Source of the DNA: Planctomycetota bacterium
GTDB taxonomy: Bacteria; Planctomycetota; Brocadiia; Brocadiales; Bathyanammoxibiaceae
Assembly (NCBI GenBank): GCA_030598065.1
Contig: JAUVQR010000005.1
Coordinates: 1-22,072 of the forward strand
Length of the DNA stretch: 22,072 nt
Direction: 5' to 3'
Part shown: positions 14,858 through 20,758 of the stretch, piece by piece
Position numbering within the stretch: the stretch's first letter is position 1
How the letters are laid out: every line of letters starts with the position of its first letter
Translations under genes and position numbers: made by a program
The notes under the pieces: model-generated
The model's database searches: none
What the model was told of the DNA's origin: nothing
What the model saw: the letters and a program-made list of their open reading frames with translations, nothing else

Positions 14858-16867
14858 ATGGTCGGCTTATTTGACCCAATAAACATAGGTACACTCACGT
14901 TAAAGAACCGTCTGGTTATGACGGCCATGGACCTTGGCTACTCAAACGACGGCCTTGTCAACGACCGTTTTATCGATTTCTACACCGAGAGGGCCGACGG
15001 CGGCACGGGCCTTATCGTCGTAGGCGGATGCTACCCGGAGCGGAACGGCAAGGTATGGAAGAGCATCCTCGGACTGGACGACGACCGCTGCATACCTTCT
15101 CTCACCAGATTCACCGAGGCCATGCACCGCCACGGCGCCAAGACCGCGGCCCAGATACTGCACGGCGGGCGTTACGCCTCCAGCCTGTTCTCCAAAATGC
15201 AGCCCGTCTCGGCGTCAAACATACCGTCACGCCTGGCCAGAGACACCTCCAGGGCTCTGAGCGCCTCTGAAATTAAACAGGTCATACATGGCTACGCGAC
15301 GGCCACAAAAAGAGTAAAAGAAGCCGGTTTTGACGCCGTGGAGATTCACGGTGGCATGGGCTACCTCATCAACCAGTTCCTGTCTCCTATAAGCAATAAG
15401 AGGTCTGACGAATATGGGGGCGGCCTGGATAACAGAATGCGCTTTGCCGTGGAGACCATTGAGGCCATTAGAGAGTCAGTGGGTGACGACTTCCCCATAA
15501 TCTTCAGGCTGTCCGGGGATGAGCTGATGGAGGGCGGTCTCAAGGTCCGGGACAACATAGAAGTAGCCCAGAGACTGGCAAAGGTCGGCGTGGACGCCTT
15601 CCACGTATCTCCCGGCTGGCACGAAAGCAAGGTGCCTATAATGATAATGGTAATCCCGAGGACGGCCTACGCTGTACTGGCCGCCGCCATACGGGAGAAC
15701 GTGGACATACCGGTTATATCCGGCATACGGATTAATGACCTGGCGCTGGCCGACGAACTGCTCAGGGACGGACAGACCGACCTGGTAGCCATAGGCAGGC
15801 CCCTGATAGCCGACCCCGAGCTGCCAAAGAAGTATAAGGAGGGAAGACTCGAAGATATAAGGACCTGCATCGCGTGCAATCAGGGCTGTTTCGACGAGCT
15901 CCTCAATATGAGACCGGTCACCTGCCTGTACAATCCCAGAGCGGGCCGAGAACGGGAGTATAACGTAACGCCCGCGGCTAAAAAGAAAAAGGTCATGGTG
16001 GTCGGCGGCGGTCCCGGAGGGATGGAAGCCGCCAGTGTCGCGGCGCAGAGGGGGCACGACGTGACCCTGTACGAAAAAACGGGGATACTGGGAGGCCAGC
16101 TCTGCTACGCCTACAAACCGCCCGGCCGTGAGGAATTCGCCAACGTGATTACCTATCTGAAGAGGCAGGTCAAGAAGGAAGGAGTAAAGGTGGTCCTGGG
16201 AGTGGAAGTGACCCCGGAGACCGTCAAGACGGAACAACCCGACACACTGATAGTGTCGACCGGCTCTACGCCGTCGGTACCGCCGATACCCGGCATAAAC
16301 AGCGATAGCGTGGCGCTGGCAATGGACGTGTTGGACGGAAAGGCGCCGGTTGGCCGGGAGGTAGTCATAATCGGCGGCGGGACTGTGGGCACCGAGACCG
16401 CCCTGTATGTGGCAAAGCTGGGCAGCATGCGGCCGGACGTAGCCATGTTCCTGCTGAAGAACGACATAATAGACCTGCCGACTGCCCTTAAGAAGGTCTC
16501 CAGGGGCCACAGAAACGTCACCATACTCGAGATGAAGAGGAGGGTGGGCGGCGGTTTTGGCATCTCCACCCGCTGGGTTATGGAAAGGGAGATAGAGGAC
16601 GCAGGCATAAAATCAATTACAAAAATAACGGTCAAAGAGATAAGGCAAGGACCTGAAGGCTGTGTGGTGGTGTACGAAAAGGACGGAAAGGAGACGTATA
16701 TACCCGCGGATACGGTTATAATCGCCACAGGCTACATCCCCAACGACACACTGTCCAAACACCTGAACGGCCTTGTACCTGAGGTATACACCATCGGTGA
16801 TTGTGTAAAGGTAAGGACCGCGTTGGAGGCGATTCATGAAGGTTTTAAGATCGGGCTCACTGTATGA
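14858..16867 (+). CDS. FadH-type 2,4-dienoyl-CoA reductase / enoate reductase family flavoprotein (OYE-like FMN domain, 4Fe-4S, FAD/NAD(P) domain)
   Basis: 669 aa, compared with 672 aa for E. coli FadH as I recall it. It has an OYE-like N-terminus, the cysteine motif CIACNQGCFDELLNMRPVTCLYNP and the dinucleotide fold VMVVGGGPGGMEAA. Confidence 0.87.
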   Translation: MVGLFDPINIGTLTLKNRLVMTAMDLGYSNDGLVNDRFIDFYTERADGGTGLIVVGGCYPERNGKVWKSILGLDDDRCIPSLTRFTEAMHRHGAKTAAQILHGGRYASSLFSKMQPVSASNIPSRLARDTSRALSASEIKQVIHGYATATKRVKEAGFDAVEIHGGMGYLINQFLSPISNKRSDEYGGGLDNRMRFAVETIEAIRESVGDDFPIIFRLSGDELMEGGLKVRDNIEVAQRLAKVGVDAFHVSPGWHESKVPIMIMVIPRTAYAVLAAAIRENVDIPVISGIRINDLALADELLRDGQTDLVAIGRPLIADPELPKKYKEGRLEDIRTCIACNQGCFDELLNMRPVTCLYNPRAGREREYNVTPAAKKKKVMVVGGGPGGMEAASVAAQRGHDVTLYEKTGILGGQLCYAYKPPGREEFANVITYLKRQVKKEGVKVVLGVEVTPETVKTEQPDTLIVSTGSTPSVPPIPGINSDSVALAMDVLDGKAPVGREVVIIGGGTVGTETALYVAKLGSMRPDVAMFLLKNDIIDLPTALKKVSRGHRNVTILEMKRRVGGGFGISTRWVMEREIEDAGIKSITKITVKEIRQGPEGCVVVYEKDGKETYIPADTVIIATGYIPNDTLSKHLNGLVPEVYTIGDCVKVRTALEAIHEGFKIGLTV

Positions 16868-16942
16868 TTTAACCGCGGGTTCCTTCGCCGTAAGATGTGC
16901 CGGGCCTGACGGACACACATTACAACAACTTGGAGAATCAAC

Positions 16943-17686
16943 ATGTCTTTAAAAGGAAAGGTCGCTGTCGTTACGGGCGGCACCAGGGGCATCGGGAGGG
17001 CGATAGCGCTTGAGCTCGCCGCGAACGGCGTGGACGTCGCCTTCTGCTACGCCAAGAACGTCGAAAAGGCAAAAGAGGTAGAGAGTGAGATAAAGAAGCT
17101 GGGCGTAAGGGCGCTGCCGATGCAGAGTGACGTCTCCGACTTCGCTCAGTCAAAAGAAATGATAGCTAACGCCATAAAGGAGCTCGGTAAGATTGACCTG
17201 CTGGTCAACAACGCCGGCATAACCAGAGACAAGATAATCATGATGATGTCGGAGGATGACTGGAAGTCGGTCATAGACACCAACCTGACCGGCGTCTTCA
17301 ACTGCACAAAGGCCGCCGTGGTACCGATGATGAAGCAGAGGAGCGGCTCCGTAATAAACATAACCTCCGTCAGCGGTCTTGTCGGGATGGCGGGCCAGAC
17401 CAACTACTCGTCCTCAAAGGCGGGGATAATCGGGTTTACCAAGGCGCTGGCCAAGGAGGTGGCCAGACGGGGAGTCAGGGTCAACGCCATAGCCCCCGGA
17501 TTCATTGACACCGAGATGGTGCAGGCCATCAACCAGAAATACCTGGACGAGATGCTGAAACTGGTGCCCCTTGCCCGCGTAGGCAAGGCCGAGGAGGTGG
17601 CACACGTGGTGACGTTCCTGGCCTCAGACCAGGCCAGCTATATAACGGGCTGCGTAATCAACGTAGACGGCGGCATGGCCATGTGA
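16943..17686 (+). CDS. fabG: 3-oxoacyl-ACP reductase (SDR family)
   Basis: 247 aa with GGAG 8 nt upstream. It carries VTGGTRGIGRAIA, NNAG and the catalytic S...YSSSK motif. Confidence 0.9.
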   Translation: MSLKGKVAVVTGGTRGIGRAIALELAANGVDVAFCYAKNVEKAKEVESEIKKLGVRALPMQSDVSDFAQSKEMIANAIKELGKIDLLVNNAGITRDKIIMMMSEDDWKSVIDTNLTGVFNCTKAAVVPMMKQRSGSVINITSVSGLVGMAGQTNYSSSKAGIIGFTKALAKEVARRGVRVNAIAPGFIDTEMVQAINQKYLDEMLKLVPLARVGKAEEVAHVVTFLASDQASYITGCVINVDGGMAM

Positions 17687-17737
17687 CGCCCCTGGGCCGC
17701 GGCAAAACATAAACACTAGACGCGAGGTGAGACCCCC

Positions 17738-18088
17738 ATGCTCTTTCTTGTGAAGGTAGAGATAGAAAAACTTAACCAGATGCCGGTCAAGGATTTTTTT
17801 CAGCTCTTGATAAAGGAATGGGAGTTTTATGAACGGATGAAGAAGAGGGGCAAGGTGCTGGCGGGCGGAAAGCTGGCCGGGAGACGCGGGGCGGCGGCCA
17901 TCTTCGACGCCGAGGACCACGCCGAAATCGAGGCAATCGTGACAAGACTGCCGCTCTTCCCCCTGTTCACAAAGATAGAGATAACGCCGCTGGTGGACCA
18001 GGAAAAGGCCCTGCTGGACGCCCGCAGGATGTTTCAGATGGTGAAAGACCTCGATACCATGATATTCCCCCCGGACAAACCATCATAA
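17738..18088 (+). CDS. Muconolactone delta-isomerase-like small alpha+beta barrel protein
   Basis: 116 aa with GAGGTGA upstream. MLFLVKVEI..., ...IFDAEDHAEIEAIVTRLPLFPLFTKIEITPL aligns by eye with CatC-type MLFHVKM...FDV...LPLFPYMDIEV. Confidence 0.65.
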   Translation: MLFLVKVEIEKLNQMPVKDFFQLLIKEWEFYERMKKRGKVLAGGKLAGRRGAAAIFDAEDHAEIEAIVTRLPLFPLFTKIEITPLVDQEKALLDARRMFQMVKDLDTMIFPPDKPS

Positions 18089-18159
18089 AATTATAAAATT
18101 AGCGTCCGCGGCAGGGCGCACCCTTATACGCTGCAAGCTACATGCAGAAAGGAAGTCTG

Positions 18160-18893
18160 ATGAAACTGGTAAGGATTCTTCATGCCGTTCTTTTTTTGTT
18201 ATGCCTGACGGCATTGACCCAGGACGTGCGCGCGGAACAGGCGGAAAAAGAGACGGCCGGGAAGCCGCACGTAGACGTAGGCACCTTCCTTCAGGAAACG
18301 TTTAAGATGAAGGTGGGCGGCAATATGAGCACCCTCGCCGCCTGGCTGCCGTTCGAGTTCTACGTGGAATCCGCTTACGCCGAAGGCGGTCAATCCAGGG
18401 AACTCCTGAGAAAAGATTTTCAATTCATACAGCCGTACCTCACCATAATCGTTCAAAGCAGCGTTGACCAGCTGGACGGCACCGCTTCGTACGAGAGTGA
18501 AGAAGCCATCCGCGCAAGGGCCGTGGTGAGACAGAAGGACGTGCCGAGGTCAAGCCGCTGGACGCCAAGGATATACCTCCTATGGTATCTGCCACCATGA
18601 TAGCCATGAAGTCAATATTATCGGCGGAAGGCGACCCCAGCGGGGCCAACATGCACGTCCTGGTGTTTCCAAACAAGGGCAAGGACGGCAAACCCATAAT
18701 CGACGCCACAAAGAAGGGTAAGCTGGTGCTGGTGCTGAAACCCGACAAGCAGTTCAACGAGACCGTGTTTATGTGGCGCACCCCGTTCGACGCGATGACC
18801 GCCGCCCCCCCATGCGCCAAGTGCGGAGAGAACCTTTCCGCCCAGTGGTCATACTGCCCCTGGTGCGGCGCCGAACTGCCCCATACGCACTAA
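18160..18893 (+). pseudogene. Signal-peptide protein with a C-terminal zinc ribbon, split by an apparent 1-nt frameshift near 18540
   Basis: ORF 18142-18600 probably starts at 18160 (GGAAG upstream) and begins with the signal peptide MKLVRILHAVLFLLCLTALTQDVRA|EQ. ORF 18582-18893 is open in the -1 frame from 18501. Reading across gives ...VVRQKD / (G)AEVKPLDAKDIPPMVSAT.... The C-terminus reads CAKCGENLSAQWSYCPWCG. Confidence 0.5.
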
Positions 18894-18915
18894 ATGGTAG
18901 ACGACGCGCAGGTGT

Positions 18916-18932
18916 TGTCATTCTGAGCGAAG
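18916..18932 (+). repeat. Copy 2 of repeat core TGTCATTCTGAGCGAAG
   Basis: It is an exact match to 8775-8791. It begins 23 nt after the stop at 18893. Confidence 0.7.
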
Positions 18933-19002
18933 TACCGGGTAGCGCAGGGTCGTACCGTAGGCAGATTCGCCTTTGGCGAACTTTCGCCCTGCCGTTCTCC
19001 AT

Positions 19003-19058
19003 GTAGTTGCCCCATTTATGGGACCTTATAAACGCGCTCGATGAATCGAGCAACTACA
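19003..19058. repeat. Nested inverted-repeat element
   Basis: Outer arms TGTAGTTGC (19003-19011) and GCAACTACA (19050-19058) enclose two small hairpins, CCCAT..ATGGG and GCTCGAT..ATCGAGC. Confidence 0.55.
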
Positions 19059-19087
19059 ACCCCTCAATTGCCTCCCGTCACTCAGGT

Positions 19088-19105
19088 TGTCATTATGAGC
19101 CAAAG
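19088..19105 (+). repeat. Copy 3 (degenerate) of the repeat core
   Basis: TGTCATTATGAGCCAAAG, preceded like copy 2 by GT (copy 1 has AA there), and followed by ...GAGCGCAGCGAAGGGACAGCGAAGGATC. Confidence 0.5.
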
Positions 19106-19208
19106 CCCTGAGCGCAGCGAAGGGACAGCGAAGGATCTGTCGGGTGCCGTGCCAGAGGCAGGTCCGCCTACAGCGTGACGTTTTAACGTGCCATTATACA
19201 ATCGGGGG

Positions 19209-19237
19209 AAAAAAAAGGGCACGACATCGTCGTGCCC
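19209..19237 (-). terminator. Rho-independent terminator of the minus-strand CrtI-like/radical-SAM operon
   Basis: The minus strand reads GGGCACGAC-GAT-GTCGTGCCC (19237-19217) followed by T8 (19216-19209), about 70 nt after the stop at 19309. A second 8-bp hairpin, CGCAGGGC/GCCCTGCG (19267-19286), lies between the stop and this terminator. Confidence 0.85.
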
Positions 19238-19308
19238 CTACGTTTATTTTATTATGAAGCGGGTAGCGCAGGGCTTTAGCCCTGCGGCGCCACCTTGAAG
19301 GTTGTTGA

Positions 19309-20754
19309 CTACGCCGGGAGTGAGATGGTCCTTTCCTGCGTGGAGTAGGTGTCTTTGTAGTAGTCGCCGGATTCCTGCAGCTTGCGCAGGTTTTCAAGGA
19401 CCTGCAAGAAAACCTGGTCCCAGTCCTGGCTGACCCTGAGGGCGAACATGGAGTTGCGCGGGTCGCTGGTCTCCTGCATCGAGACCCTGAATTTCTTGCG
19501 GATGTTGTCGCCCGCGTACACGTTGTCGTAGACGTACTGCATGCCGTCAACAAACTCGTCCAGCGTCATGTCCACAAACTTGTGGACCACGTTGGCGGTC
19601 TCGTAATACTCCCAGTCCTCCGGCAGATTCCTACGAAACAGCCTTTTTTCGGAATCCAGCCTGTAGAATAACGGCGTCTTGGGAAAGGGACAATCCAGAC
19701 CATACGTAAGGATGTCTACCTTGCAGTCGTGTACAAAATCCACCATCTTCTTGAAAGAATCCTTGTCGTCGCCGTCGGCGCCGAAGACGACCGAGGCCCA
19801 TACGATAAGCCCCGCGTCATGTATCTTCCTGATACACTCCTTATAATTAGTGGCTCCCAGTTTCAGATTCACCCTCTTGCCCATCTTCTTGAGCACTTCG
19901 GGGTTGGTGCTCTCTATGCCTACCAGGAAGCCGAAGTTGCCGGACTTTCTCATCAACTGAAGCGCCTCCGCGTCCTGCGAGATATTGAGCGCGGTAAAGC
20001 CCAGCCAGTCCTTCTTGAGTTCCCTGTCTATCATGCCCCGGAAGAGTTCCTTGGCGCGCTCGGCGGAGCGCACGCTGTGACCGTAGAAATTGTCTTCGGC
20101 GAACATCAGGCCCTTATAGTCGGTGGCCGCCATCTCCTCCAGCACGTCTTCAACGGGCCGCTCACGGTATTTTTGTCCCTGGAAGGTGGGTACGCTGCAG
20201 AAATCGCAGCGGTTGGGGCAACCCTTGGTGGTTACTATAGAAGAGAACTTGTAGCCGTACTTCTTCTTCAAGAGTTCTCTGTCGGGATGTACTTTCTTAA
20301 GGATTGACAGGTGGGGAAGACCGCCGTCGTAGCGTTTCTGGAGCTTACCGGCCTCGAAGTCCTTTATGACCTGCGGCCAGACAGTTTCAGCTTCACCCGT
20401 GATGACCGTATCCACGTACTGCACCGCCTCTTCGGCACACACGGAGGCGTGGATACCGCCCATTATCGTGGTGCAGCCATGTTTCTTGGCCAGCTTGGCG
20501 ATATGGTAGGCGCGCGGGGCCTGATAAGTCAGGGCCGTGAGACATACTATGTCAGGGGGGTCAAAGGTTATATCGTCTCCGGCGTCATTCAGCGCCGACT
20601 CGATGTTCTCGTCTACAACGTCAAACTCCCAATCGTCGCCCGGCGTGAGCGCTGCGATATAGCCCAGATTCAACGGCATCTGGACTATTACGCTTATGCT
20701 CTCCTCGCCGTGACGGCCCGGAGGATGAGGGTTCACGAGCATCATCTTCTTCAT
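19309..20754 (-). CDS. B12-binding-domain radical SAM enzyme (class B), paralogue 2
   Basis: 481 aa and colinear with the 10840-12318 product; roughly half the positions are identical by eye. Shared strings include NPHP, QMPxNLGY, YQAPRAY, MGG(I/V)HA, GKLQK, GQKYRERP and NSMFALxV. The cluster motif CPNRCDFC spans 20197-20220. GGGAGA lies upstream, inside the end of the preceding gene. Confidence 0.88.
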   Translation of the reverse strand: MKKMMLVNPHPPGRHGEESISVIVQMPLNLGYIAALTPGDDWEFDVVDENIESALNDAGDDITFDPPDIVCLTALTYQAPRAYHIAKLAKKHGCTTIMGGIHASVCAEEAVQYVDTVITGEAETVWPQVIKDFEAGKLQKRYDGGLPHLSILKKVHPDRELLKKKYGYKFSSIVTTKGCPNRCDFCSVPTFQGQKYRERPVEDVLEEMAATDYKGLMFAEDNFYGHSVRSAERAKELFRGMIDRELKKDWLGFTALNISQDAEALQLMRKSGNFGFLVGIESTNPEVLKKMGKRVNLKLGATNYKECIRKIHDAGLIVWASVVFGADGDDKDSFKKMVDFVHDCKVDILTYGLDCPFPKTPLFYRLDSEKRLFRRNLPEDWEYYETANVVHKFVDMTLDEFVDGMQYVYDNVYAGDNIRKKFRVSMQETSDPRNSMFALRVSQDWDQVFLQVLENLRKLQESGDYYKDTYSTQERTISLPA

Positions 20755-20758
20755 AACC

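Noticed and set aside
15476-16510. A 344-aa minus-strand ORF antisense to the FadH-like gene, plus similar shadow ORFs at 16153-16728, 19729-20307, 20311-20883 and 21527-22024
   Set aside because: All are shadow ORFs opposite or out of frame with genes that carry clear family motifs. None has its own start signals or recognisable domains.
18501-18600. Programmed -1 ribosomal frameshift joining the two ORFs of the zinc-ribbon gene
   Set aside because: The overlap contains no slippery X XXY YYZ heptamer and no obvious downstream pseudoknot. A simple 1-nt indel, either a mutation or an assembly error, explains it better.
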